This document shows positions 24,504-37,165 of a DNA stretch of 64,000 bases, one piece after another. Position numbers and translations under genes: made by a program. The notes under the pieces were generated by a model. The model made no database searches and was not told the origin of the DNA. It saw nothing but the letters and a program-made list of their open reading frames with translations. The DNA is from Azolla caroliniana (Eukaryota; Plantae; Polypodiophyta): positions 13,330,001-13,394,000 of the forward strand of contig JBHGNT010000008.1 of the NCBI GenBank assembly GCA_043228905.1. The letters are read 5' to 3'. Every line of letters starts with the position of its first letter. Positions within the stretch are counted from its first letter, which is position 1.

Positions 24504-24870
24504 TTCCTTTGCAAGAAAGAGTGCTCATGTAGATGGCATTCCTAATTCAAACTTATTTTGTGAATGATTGAGTGAGAAGTCATAGTACATGTTCACCACT
24601 TCTCTTTCGAACTAGTTGGGGGAGAAGTAGTTGTACATATTCACAAAGTCTCGTTTGGACTACTTGAGTGTGAAGTCATACACATCGATGGAAATGCATA
24701 ATAAACAACCAATCCTTTGCAAGAAAGAGAGCTCATGGTAGATGGGATTCCTTGTTCAAACTTATTTTGTGAATGATTGAGTGAGAAGTCATAGTACATA
24801 TGCGGAAAGCCTCTTTTGGACTACTTGAGTGAGAAGTCATACACATTGATGGAATTCAATTAATAAACAA
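24504..24870. repeat. Imperfect tandem duplication (about 208-bp period) with TGAGTGAGAAGTCATA sub-repeats
   Basis: CCTTTGCAAGAAAGAG...CAAACTTATTTTGTGAATGATTGAGTGAGAAGTCATAGTACAT occurs at about 24506 and 24714. Confidence 0.85.
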
Positions 24871-25235
24871 ACGGGTTGATAAGGGGCATTTGGGCAAAAT
24901 ACTTTTTTGTTAACTCCACTATCCTTCTATGCGGGGGGAATAAGGGTTCTAGTTTTGCACCCAAATTAGTTCATCCTCAAATTTAAGGGGGTGTATTCTA
25001 CACATGTTCTCACCCTTATTTCTTGATCTCTGTAATTTTTGTCATTTCACTTGCTTCACAATTTTTTAATTACTCTTCCTTGCATTCTACACAATATAGA
25101 GTCAACGGAAATTGTTTACACATGATTCAATATAATGAATATAAACAAGGTTGTGCCAAAGAACATTACATGAAATAAAGTTAAGCGTTCATTTAGCTCA
25201 ACTTCATATAACACTAATTATTTCAATGTTTTTTC

Positions 25236-28200
25236 TCATTTTATATGTTTGCCATTTGGCCTTTCTAGTGAGAAACCGGGTTCCATTAGACTAATTGGTA
25301 CCTTGTCCCTTCTTTGCACATGTGAGGTAGGAAACCAACCACATTCCCCTTTACATTCTCCCTCTGCCCAGCCATTTGGGGATACCTACAAGAATAAATT
25401 GTTAGTGATCAAAACCATAAAAAGCTTTCATGCATAATATATGTTTGCTCTTATTGTTTTTCAAGAACTCATCATGAGTTGCAGATTTCTTGGTCACCAT
25501 TTACACCCATTAATCAGGTACATTTTATGCAACTTAGTCTTGTCTGCATATTCCTAGGGCAATGGTCTTCTCTTTGTTTATGATAAATACAACTTTGCAT
25601 TAGAGTATATCATACGTGATAAAAACATCCACAAGAAGTCTAAACATTAAAAAAGTGAAGTATTTGTGAATATTCATATCTTTGATACATTCACTCCATA
25701 ATATTAGCATTGCAAGTGAAATTCATGCACACGTTACCGATACTAGTAGTGTTGCTATGAAGGATATTCCTTGGGATAACCATCCTAGGAGGTTGCCAAC
25801 CCCATCAAGTATTGTCTATGTGGTTGGATTTTTAACAAGAAGGTTCATGAAATTGACGGACTAACCATTATAACCTTAAGATATTATAGGAACCTACAAT
25901 CTTGCCAACTTGAATTTGTCTTCAGAATATGCTTGCTTGTTTTCAAGTCCATCTTTTTGCACACATTGTGCACTATGACGCTAACCTCAAGTCATGCTCT
26001 TGTTGCAAGTGTCTATACTAACCGGATAACCTCTCTTTTTCTTAATCTAAACCAAGGGCATACATTCTCCATACTCCCCTACACATACGTGGGTGTAGTA
26101 TGCTTACCATATAAAACATGCATGTTTGAGAGCTTCATCACGATGTTTTGAAGCTATGTTGATAATAATAATATTATTAATAAACATGTTTAATTATAAG
26201 TATGAGATCTTGAAATATTCATAATTTAAATCTATCCCTTTTTCTTTTTGATTGAAAATGCAACATGAGGAGCAATTGGCATATTCCTTGTTTTTTTGCA
26301 TTCAAACTAGGGGTGATGATGCTCATGAATGTGCTCTAGGTCACCCAAATGTAAGAGATATCCTCCCTTTGTTTCATGAGATGGTTATTCGTAATGGAGG
26401 AAGATATCCTCATGTTCATTTGAAATCACATGAGAGATGATGCATTTGTTATTAGTTCCCCCAATTGGTGGGTAGATAGATGAGTACACATGGAAATGAA
26501 CATTTGGATCATTATCGAACGACATTGAAGCATGTTTTGTTGTAACTATCAATGTATGTGTTTACCATACATATGTACTTCAATACAATGTACCCAACCC
26601 GTAGATAATAATTGGAGCCCAAATATGAAGCAAATTTGAGAGAGCACAAGTAGCCATTCAATCCTAATGTAAGAGAACATAAAGCAACAACAAGGGTAAC
26701 ATATGAATGAACAAAAGTATGTATATGGATATGGATCGCTCACTTGACGAACTGCGACGATGTCTCCGAGTGTCAAAGAAAGTTCCCCGGGCTCTTGCGC
26801 CTCGAAGGAATGCATCACCTGCGCGTAAATCATATACATAGGGTTTAGGGTTTAGGGTTTAGGGTTTAGGGTTATGAATGACAAGCCCCTCCTCTCACAC
26901 CCACACCATTACTAATAACTACAGCAGTTTGATCTTGTTATCCATTTGTGTACTCAAATCCTGTGGCACAGACCCAGTTTGATCTCTATACCCAGAGATT
27001 TCCATTGATACAACAACTACGGTACCTGAGCAAGGAAAGCTCCTCGTGCAGGCATGCCGGTTTCGTGTAGGCCGGCATTCGGCTTGAGTTTGCCTTTGCC
27101 GGACGATGATGACCTTGGTGTGGATGGGGCATGGCTAGAATCTGGAGAGCTGCGGATGGAGGGAGCACCACCATGATGCTGCTGCTGCTTGTCAAAAGAG
27201 ACCATCTGATGTATGTCATGGTTCAACAGTATAACAATCAATCACATAAGAATACATGAAATCCCTTCAAAACAAACTTTTGACACATAGAACCTCATTC
27301 ACAGATTTCTCTGCACCTGCATCTCTAGGTGCTGAAGGATTTGTAAGACACCCTCATGATATGATCGCTCCGCTTCTACCTGTCCCACAGTATTTTTATC
27401 GAGTTGTACAGATCAAGCAGATCATCATAGCAAGGCCACATACATTCTAACTTTCAAATCTACCTATCTATCTACCAATATAGATACATACATTCATACA
27501 TACATAGATGGATAGATAGACAGACAGACAGATAGATTAGATAGATAGATTATGGGTAGTTACCATTGCAATAAGCCTTTGGAGTGTAAGCTTCTGTTGC
27601 TGGTTCTCTACTCCGACCATGGCGAAAGCGGCTTCCTTCCCCAAGGTTGCAAGTGCAGATTTGAGCTCCGCGAGCTTCGTTTCAGAGTCTTTAACTTTGT
27701 TGGTGCGGTACTCAGGAATATCATCGAGCGACGGCTCACATGACTTTGCCTTTCTCCGAGAGACTTCGATAGCCTGGTTTTTTACAAAGCTTCGAAATTC
27801 AACACGAATATTGAGAAAGGTCATGCATGGCATGCACTTAAATTCGTAGGAAGTAGACCCCCAAAAGATCAGAAGAGGGGAGGTTATAACCTTCGCTTCG
27901 ACTTCTTGATACATGTGATCGTAGCGTTCGCACAAAGTTCTCGCATCTTCCAATCGCTCACTCACAACCATAGCTCTGAGAGGCTCTAGAACCTATTAGA
28001 AGCAGACCATTGTAAGTAATTATGTAAAGCTCTTATAGAAAAGACAAGTCTAGCATGCTTAATGCTTCTTTTAATCCCCTTTCTTTCTAGCAATATGCCA
28101 CAATTTATCACGTTTGAGCAAGGAAACCCATCCTGCTACACAAATCGCATACAGTAGTAGATCATTTATATTTAACATCTACTGTGGAGGGGGCTTGTTA

Positions 28201-29473
28201 GTTTAGATCGATCAGTATTACCTGAGTTCGAAGAGCATGGTGCAAACTCTCTCTTTCTTTCTCCTTCTGTAGGTATAGCTTTCCGAGAACATATGCCACT
28301 CTGGATAGTGGCCATCTAGGATTAGGACCTTCCATGGCATAGGTTGTGCATTCTTCAGCCAACCTCCTAGCTGCAAATCATTGAATTACAGGGCATGAAA
28401 TCAGAACTTGGAAGAAAGAGAAGGAAAGAAAGTCATTTATACAAAATTAATTAAATGCTATAATGATTGTGTCAAGAAAAGCTCGATACTGATTTCTTCG
28501 ATTCAGGACATGGTTTCTTTTATTGTTCAAGTTGGGGATGGGATGGCATTGTGATCTCTAGTGTATACAGGCAGCCTGATCTTATATACACTAATTTGCA
28601 TATAATATATATCTGCAAATAATAGGTATGGCATTGTAAACATTCACCAGATCAGAGGCTATACTTCTGTTAAATTATTGATTATTCTTCACATAACAAG
28701 AGGAGCGGACTACAAAGAGGATCAGGGGTGCGTAATGTAATGTAATGTAATATTACATGGCAGTATGTCTATATAAAAATGCATGGCATGTAATGGCATC
28801 TCGACATACATGCTTCGAGTTGTTTCGAGCCAGCAGATATGTAGCTCTCGATGCCCTTGATGATTTCCCTCTGGAAATGCTGCATTAAAGATACTTCAAT
28901 TAGCCATTAACGCTAGTGTCGAAGTAATAATTATGATCCACCACTGTGGAGAAACATAATAAGCTATGATTCTTTGAATACCAATCAATATACACAGTAT
29001 CAGGAAGCTGTCAGGAAATTTGGTACCTTCGCTGCTCGTGTGGATATGAAAAGCCCTTCGAGCTGTTGCCGCCGTTGAATCCTCCTAACCTTTTCTGATT
29101 CATTCTCCACATTCGGCAAAACCTGCACACCACCAAGTGGTGGTATACATGAGAAATAGTTAATACATTTGAGCCCCCCCTCAAACTACAGGCATCCAAC
29201 AATATTTCCTTGGAACACATCTCAACATCATCAAATCTCCCCCTCAGTTCCTTCGAAATCATGATGCAAGAAGACGTATTCCTGCCGTCACTAATGCACC
29301 CCTTAATGCCTTAAGTAATGCTTAGTTAGCAAATTGCATTGCAATAGAAGGCGGAAAAAGAAAGGAAGAAATCGCGTTCCCTGTAGGATTACCTGCTGCC
29401 GCTGTGGGCTCTTGGATAGATTTTGTAGAACGTGATCTCTTAATTTGGTCACGCGCCTGCGTATCGCATCCAT
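25236..29473 (-). CDS. BAR + SH3 domain protein (plant SH3P1/2/3 family), 10 exons
   Basis: Exons approx. 29473-29393, 29122-29027, 28879-28810, 28370-28222, 27992-27891, 27773-27564, 27379-27317, 27205-27026, 26818-26744, 25385-25236, all GT-AG. Peptides MDAIRRR, FISTRAAKHFQREIIKG, EPLRAMV, LEDAR, QQQKLTLQRLIAMVEAER, ELSLTLGD, GWAEGECKGECGWFP. Confidence 0.93.
26839..26873. repeat. Interstitial telomeric repeat (TTTAGGG)x4+ in SH3P intron 8
   Basis: TAGGGTTTAGGGTTTAGGGTTTAGGGTTTAGGGTT. Confidence 0.95.
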
Positions 29474-30849
29474 TATAGAATAACTCCTAACAGATATCCT
29501 ACCATTATTGCCTCAATCTGCTGAAGAAGAAGAAGATCATCATCATCATCATCATCATCATATGTGCGACTAGAAGAAGCAGCGAAAGGACCTATATACG
29601 TACACATTCTACTGCAAGCTTCCGTCATGACAATGGAATGGTATATTCATTCATATGCAGTAGGGAAAGGGACATGGTATATTCACATCCTCCTAGAGAG
29701 ACAGAGACAGAGATGCGATGCTTCTCTTGAGGAATTGCTTCCTCTGTACTTCTTCCTCATCAGAATAGAATTTAGGAGACTTGGCTCTTGCTAGCTTCCA
29801 ATGCTATTCTTCATTTTCTTCTAGTTCTTGTTGTAGTAGCAAATTCGTCTTCTTCAAGCTCGTTGCAGTGGTAGCAGATTCGAGAAATTATGCGGGGATT
29901 GATAACGGGAAACTAAGATTGGTTCGCTGCCGTTTCACAAGAGTTTTAAAGTAGAAAAATTAGGAGGGACTCATCATCATAACGGCGACAAACTACCGAA
30001 TGCCTCTTTTCTTGGAGTCTTGATTAGGTCTACCAATTAAATTTACAGTAGCCTTGAGAGGTTCATCCTCAGGAAAAGAGGAATTGAAACGTTAAAAATG
30101 CATTCTTAATTCTGAGGAATTATTCCGAGCAAACAACACGATCAAAGAAGGAGGCGTTGGATTCAAGTTTTTCATTGCAATGGAATATTTGGAAGGAATC
30201 AATCTCTAGAAACAATCAACCAGGTATATTTGGATTAAAGTAATAACCAGAATTGTGGAGAGAGATTAATCACACGAAACATGCAATTTGCGTGATCGGA
30301 AGGGAATATATTATTGTCCAAAACAATATAATATGTATATATATCGTGCATTTACTTAAAGCAGAGAAGGCGGCTTCATCATTCCAAAATGTTTACGCAC
30401 ATATTTGCACGTCACAGACTTATTATGCGAATGAAGATTATTGCAGAAGTGGAAAGCTCTAATACCATATTAAATGTAGGGGAAACAAGATTATATAACA
30501 CAGATGAATATTTAATTTTCTATTAGTAGAGAGATTTGATGCTTTATCACAACAAAGTCTTGCATAAGTGAATAGATATTATAGCTACAACGGAGTGGTT
30601 AAAGTGAGATCTCTTCCTGAGAAATTCTCATATTCCCCTCTATATTTTTACAAGTTGTTAGTCCTAACAATTTAGATTTTGGAGATTGTGGTATTAGGCA
30701 AAGAAGAAGACTACACGTCTCTATATCCCCTCTGAGCATTACGTTTGCATTGCCTTGCCTTGTAGACCTTAGTCACAAAGCTTTGGCAATGGCCATGTCT
30801 AAACTTCACTCAAGCTTTCTTTTGTTGCTCAACATAATACATATGCCTT

Positions 30850-31295
30850 TCGGTTGAGAGTTTCAAACTCAAACCGTTTAAAAAAATTGAAATTTTAATC
30901 AAACCAAACCAAACCACGAAACTATCTAAACCAAACTATTACAAAAAATTCAAGCTCAAACCGAACAGTTTTAAACCATAGTTCCGCTGTTGGGATTTTG
31001 GTTTTCAAGTTTGGTGAAAATTCAAATTTTCACATTTTTATTTTTAAATTTTTTAATGTTTCTCAATTTTAATTTTTCAAAATTTAAAGATTTCTTTTCA
31101 AACATCAAAATTAGTCTTAAAATGTTCAAAACAATATTTAATAAAATTATGAGTGTCAATCCTAAACATGCAAACCATTTGAACCACGGTTTCAAACCAT
31201 TTAAACCAATAACCAATCAACCGAATCAGTACAACCCCAAACCAAACCAAACCAAACCAAAAGGGACCATTTACAAAAACCTGAACCTGTACCAA
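30850..31295. mobile_element. AAACC/AAACCG-rich non-autonomous DNA-transposon-like repeat
   Basis: Clusters of AAACCAAACC/AAACCGAA at both ends of an AT-rich core; termini and TSD not identified. Confidence 0.4.
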
Positions 31296-32240
31296 ATCGT
31301 TGCCAATTGTAACTTGCCGAGGAGGCTCAAGTGTTAAGTACGTACATTGCAACAAGGTCATTATTGGATGGTTGTGGAAATGCATGTAGACTAGTAGACT
31401 TTTATCATCTTTTTAAATCTCATGGTACACAAGTATACTTTCATACGTTGCACCTCCATACATTCATGCAATAACATATTTGACCTTGGAAACGCATTTA
31501 TGGTTTTAACTTTGATTAGCCATCACATAACATCATAAATTTCCATATTCGCAATCAAGATCTCTCAAACAAATAAACTGTAAAAGCTCGACAAATTAAG
31601 GCACGATCCACCGAAGACAGATCAGCTAATAAGGTTTCGATGGGATGAGTAATATAACTTCACTGATTTTGACTTTATTAACTGTGTGGTAATTTCATTA
31701 GTAGTTGAATTGATTAGTGTTTATCGCCATTCAAAATAAGTAACTAATCAGTTTTTAACCCACACCACACACGGATGCCTGCATTCAAAGACCTGAGCAT
31801 TTGATTCATTTGTAAACAGAAGTTGTCTATCTGATGGACAATTCCCTGTCTAACAAGATCTAATCGGATCATGTTGATGGATGTGCACAGCACCGCTGTA
31901 ACCAAACACCAATTTCTTGAATCTCAAAACACTTCTTCTTGTTCAAAATATATATACCATGCCTGACTCTATTTATCATACAAATCCATGCTACTTATGT
32001 GACAAGTAATCATGGCAAAAGGTGTTATATGATACACACTCTTTAATAAGATGTAATATTTCCAGGTAATGGATCAGGAGAATGGGGGGGAACCGGGTAG
32101 TTACTCTCATGATCGATGGCATTACTCACTTGAACCCACAGCAAAGGCTGCTACTACGTCCGGCAGCTGTTGGCACAGGTGAGTTCCCCACTGAAGCAGT
32201 GATTACTGAATGCCAAATTACTCTCAGTTGATGGCATTAC

Positions 32241-35200
32241 TCAGTTCATCGCGTGGCCGAGGGCACTAGTTCTTCTTCGCCTGCCGCCATTGGGCCTCAC
32301 CTTACTGCTGCTATGGCTGCATGCTGTGCTTGACCCACTTGTATTGATAACCACATCACCTTCTAGTATCCGGAGAACCTTAACCCACACAACCAATGGC
32401 TATAGACGTTTAGAAGAGAAACAAAGGTTTGTGACCATAATGGTTGCATGCATGCATGTAGTGTTGGTTGGAGCCCATGAGTATGAATGCATGTTTTTAT
32501 TAACTTTGTTTGAGCTAAGTAAGGAAGTTAATATATACAGTACCATAGATATATGTATTATGTGTGGATGTGTACCTGGGACATCCGAGGACGGAGATTT
32601 GGATCTTTTCGGAGACATAAAGATGCTGCATGGAGCATGCAGTAAACCTCATATTCCGAGTAATTTCCCATTAGAAGAGGATCAACTAGATCTTGCGTTG
32701 CATGTTCATCCAGAAGAGGACGTGCCTAATGCATTGTTATGGTTGTTCCATCAAGGTTACTACATTATTACCATCCCAAAGACAATGGAAGCATGCTAAG
32801 AAGAGTGTCACACTAACCCATTCAGTCAGGCATTGTTGACCTTTGGGTCGAGTAAGGTCCACCGCCTTCCGTCCAGTTGCTAACTCCACAAGAACCACAC
32901 CAAAGGAATACACATCAGCTTTTTCAGTAATCTGTCCACTTTGTGCATATTCAGGAGCCAGATATCTGGTAAAGTGTGTTTTGTGGTTCATGTTAGATTC
33001 ACACTACCATGATTATATATATGCCTATCACCAACATCATATACTCTCAGGATTATCATGGCATTACCCAAATGTACCGATAACCCGTGTTTGAACACCA
33101 AGATCACCATCAGGCTGCCATCTTGCTAGTCCGAAATCGCCTACCTGAAACATAAAGCCAACGAATTTGATGAGCAAAAAAGAAAGGTAGCCAGAAATTC
33201 TTGTTTCTCCCTCATAAGGATTTACATCCTTAGTAGCATTACCCCCTCGAAGCCCAAAAAATATAAAATGTTTACCATCGGCTCGAAATCATGGGTTAAC
33301 AAAATGTTATTTGGCCTCATGTCACGATGAACAATGCAGCCAACACGGCATTCTTCATGCAAATATCTCAGACCTCGAGCTGCTCCGATAGCGATCTTCT
33401 GGCGTGCTGCCCATTCTAGACAGCCCTTATCTTTACCTAAAAATGAAGCATTAAAACCACTAAGAATGAGCTATAAAACCCTCTTCTGAGAGAGAGAGAG
33501 AGAGAGATGTTGCAGAAGGCATGTTTACTTACCGTAAAGGTGTGCATCCAGTGATGCATTGCAAATAAACTCATAGACAAGTAGCCTCCTCTTGTCTTCT
33601 ATACAATATCCGATCAGCATGACCACATTCCGATGTTGTGCACAGCTTAGAACTTCGACCTCTGAACAGAACTCAATATCACCTTGAGTGCTAGCAAGCT
33701 TGTGTTGCTTGACAGCCACAGCTTGGCCATCTGCGAGGACCCCCCTATGTACACACCCAAAACCTCCCTCAGCAAGAAAGTTAGCTTGAGAGAAGCCACC
33801 TGTAGCAAGCTCCAATTCAGCATATGTGAACCTCCTCGGGGGCTTTCCAAACACTGGAGCCTTATGTTGACAAATAGAGCATAACGGTGGAGGTCCTGGA
33901 GGTATATTCTTTGATAAGAACACCGCTTTTCTCACACTCGAAGTACGGTCCAAATCCGAAAATGCAATGCCACTCCGTATCATCTCAGAGTCATGGTCCC
34001 AAGTAGAGTACTTGTCCAGAAAATTTTGAGTTCCCAGCACTCTTTCAGACTTCCCCATTTTATTTTGTACATGCCAATAGTGTTGTTTCTCATCAGCGAA
34101 AGTGTTTTCCTTTCGTCCTGCTGCCAAGCTCCCATGGTGAAGGATGATGCCGCCTTCTCTCACCCTGGATGATAACCTAGGAGGACCTGTGAACCTCTTG
34201 GAAAAGTTTAAAGGAGATGCAGGAGTAGAGGTGCATCTCTGATGTCCCCTGACCATTTGAGGTGTCACATTCGCGGAATTAGAGCTAATATTTGTTGTTC
34301 GCATTCGTGTGTAGCTTTCAGGTTGGGATGCTAAAATACAAGTCGAAACAAATCAGAACAACAAAAATTCGCATTCGTGTGTAGCTTTCAGGTTTGGATG
34401 ATAAAACACAAGTTAAAACAAACGAATACATTCACAAGATTTCCTTAGAAAGCTTCTGACTATATGCCCAGATTGCAGTTTAAGTTCCTAATATTATGAT
34501 CTTTGGTAGGCAAGCCAGATCATGAACTGCCTCGGGTCAGAGTGGGAAATTCCCCTGCCCCTACATTTACCATCTAGGAATGTGGATCATAGAAGCTCAA
34601 GATGTTGAACATCGGGCCAAAACATAGGGGACAGTATGCTCTTTCCCACATGAGCAAAACGTCTACAAGGTGTTGTGACATAGAATGTCTAAAACATGTT
34701 GTGGTACATTAGCTAAGATGAAAACTCAGGCTGGTAAAGCATAGTTACCACTTGTCAAGTTGCAATCTCCCCCCCATTGCTGAGAAGGCCTACAGTGTCT
34801 CACATTACAGATTTTAGTCCTCTGTTGATCAGGGCTGGCATGAGCTGTTCTGCATAATACAGACCGTCGTCTTGGGACGATGCCACCAAATGAGGCATCA
34901 TCACTGCTAGTCTCATCGCAAGAGTTGGCATCATGAGGATCATAGTCAGAGGCTGAATCTGTTTCTATGACCAAGCTCTCATGGCCATCTCCATTGCGAC
35001 CTGAACAGATTTTTCCAACTTCAGCACTAGTGAGGGGTGAAGTGAAATGCTCTGAGCTCGATGTCGACGATGTGCCCTTTTCAGTCGCAGTGAAAGGCGT
35101 TCTCCCTCCCGGACTTCCACAAGAATTGGCTCTTTCTGAAACAGTTAATGTGCCTGTTCCTCTAACATCATGAGGTTGTGGGATGAGATTTCTCTGTAAG

Positions 35201-36666
35201 ACATCCTTTTCTATCTCTGCAATCATTGCATTTGCTGATATGGCAGTAGTTGTGGCATTCTTTTCAATGTAAGGATGAGCCCCATTTTCTGACCCTGCCC
35301 TAAGGTTGAGCCGTTGGACCTTTGCGTCGTTGCCATTGCGCTTCACGATAACTAGGTTGCATTGCAGCTCTTGCATGCAGCTCTTGGCCTCTTCTTTCCG
35401 CAGCTGGCTGCATTGGAAAACAAAGAGGTTAGATCCTAATCACAATGAGAAGGAAGTGCTACATCATGACATTAGAGACATCGCCCAGTATTTCGATCCC
35501 ACGAAGTTATCCCATACAGATTCATGTGGTTAGCTTAATCCTTTATAGTCTAGCTGTATAAACATGGCAATCTAGTGGGTTCTGGTCTTAAGCAATGGCT
35601 GTATTTATTGCATGCACTATCAAAACAGTTTCTAGGACATTAAAATTCACTCTCCACAATCTTAAGGGTCAAAAACCACAGAATTCCCTGATAAAATAAG
35701 ATGCTTGCATACACTAGTTAACGGTTGGAAAACTAACTAAAGGTTAAATTACTGGATTTCTTGTTTTGATACATAATGTATTAGATCCGAGAGAGTATTG
35801 TTTGCCTGTCTAATATAACCCAGGTTGCTTTTACTCTCTGAGCTTCAAGTGCGATTGCCCCATTTGTTGCACCGGGCACTACTCTCACATTTACTTTAAC
35901 CTGTAAATAAGAACAAGAACGATGAGTATATATATACATACATGAGATTATGAAACTCAATTCAAAGAAATTTGAATCTTTGATTCTCAAGTAGTTATAA
36001 GAAGAATAAACATTCTTAACCTTCTTATAATAGCAAAGATTGTGGAGTTGTTGCATCATAGAAGAGCAAGAATCGGTTGCTTCCTCTTCCATCTCTCTTG
36101 CATTGCCTCCTTTACTCACTCGAGTGGCACAATCTCCAGTGAAATTCGGGAAACCCCATATCCTTCTCCCTGGAGAAACCAAATACGCCATTTAAAATAG
36201 TATGTGTGTGTATTGATGAAAGAAAGTTATATAGTGAGCTCCTCCCATTCATCACAATTCCATGAAACCATTATATATATATATGTATACACTCCAAAAT
36301 GGCCTGAGATTCTCAGTCTTCTTAGATGGAAAGAGGGGGGGGGTGCATGAAATAGTGGTACTAACTGAAAATTGGTGGTTTAATTATAGAGTGTATAAAT
36401 TAGTTACCATTCTTTCCTCCTTGCAACAAAGCAATCAAGCTTATGTGATCCCCTGCTTGGGCAACATTACTGAGGGCCCATTCCAAGGCATGTGGAGATA
36501 CCCCTTTAGCTGCATTGACAGCAACAAGGATATTCTCTCCTGGAAACATCAACATGGGCGCTGCCGCCACCGCTGCTGCTGCTGCTTTGAAAGTGGGAGC
36601 GGGGCAGCAGCTGCTGCTACTCTTTTCCGTGCTGCTGTGAGGAGCTGGAGCTCGCCAAGGATTCAT
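32241..36666 (-). CDS. USP-like domain + receptor-like cytoplasmic kinase ('inactive protein kinase SELMODRAFT_444075'-like), 10 exons
   Basis: Exons approx. 36666-36408, 36169-36021, 35900-35806, 35407-34749, 34330-33533, 33436-33276, 33144-33068, 32965-32818, 32725-32576, 32378-32241. Motifs [86 protein letters not shown]. Confidence 0.94.
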
Positions 36667-36934
36667 GTCACTGTTCCACTATCCTCTTTGCTTGCTTAGC
36701 TACTACTCTCATTGCTGAGAAAGGTTGAAAGACTGAGCTCTGGTTGCCATCCAAAGCCTTCTGCTGCATAGCGTGGTGGGCAGAGAGAGAGAAGGAGAGA
36801 AGGAGAGAAGGAGAGGATAGGCAGAGGTTGAGTGGTGGGTGCTATTGGGCGGGCAAGCTGCTGTAAAGAGCCCTGCTGCGTTTGTCAATGATTTGGACAA
36901 CAAACCAACATCATATGGCGGAAATGACGGATAG

Positions 36935-37165
36935 AGAGAAAGAGAGAGAGAGAGAGAGGGAGAGAGAGAGAGGCGCGCGCGGACACACACACAAAAGGCA
37001 GAGAGGCGGGGGGTAGAGAGAGAGAGTGAGTGATGAGAGCGAAGCGTGTGTGGCAGCTGCTCGAGAACGAGAGAGAGAGAGAGTTTTATGATTACGGGGA
37101 GAGAGAGTGAGCGAGCGAGAGAGAGAATAGCTTTATCATTCCGGAAGAGAGAGAGAGAGAGAGAT
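36935..37165. repeat. GA/CT-rich microsatellite tracts upstream of the kinase gene
   Basis: Several (GA)n runs in the probable 5' UTR/promoter. Confidence 0.8.

Noticed and set aside
32290-32799. 169-aa plus-strand ORF
   Set aside because: Antisense to kinase exons 9-10 and the intron between them; no recognisable motifs.
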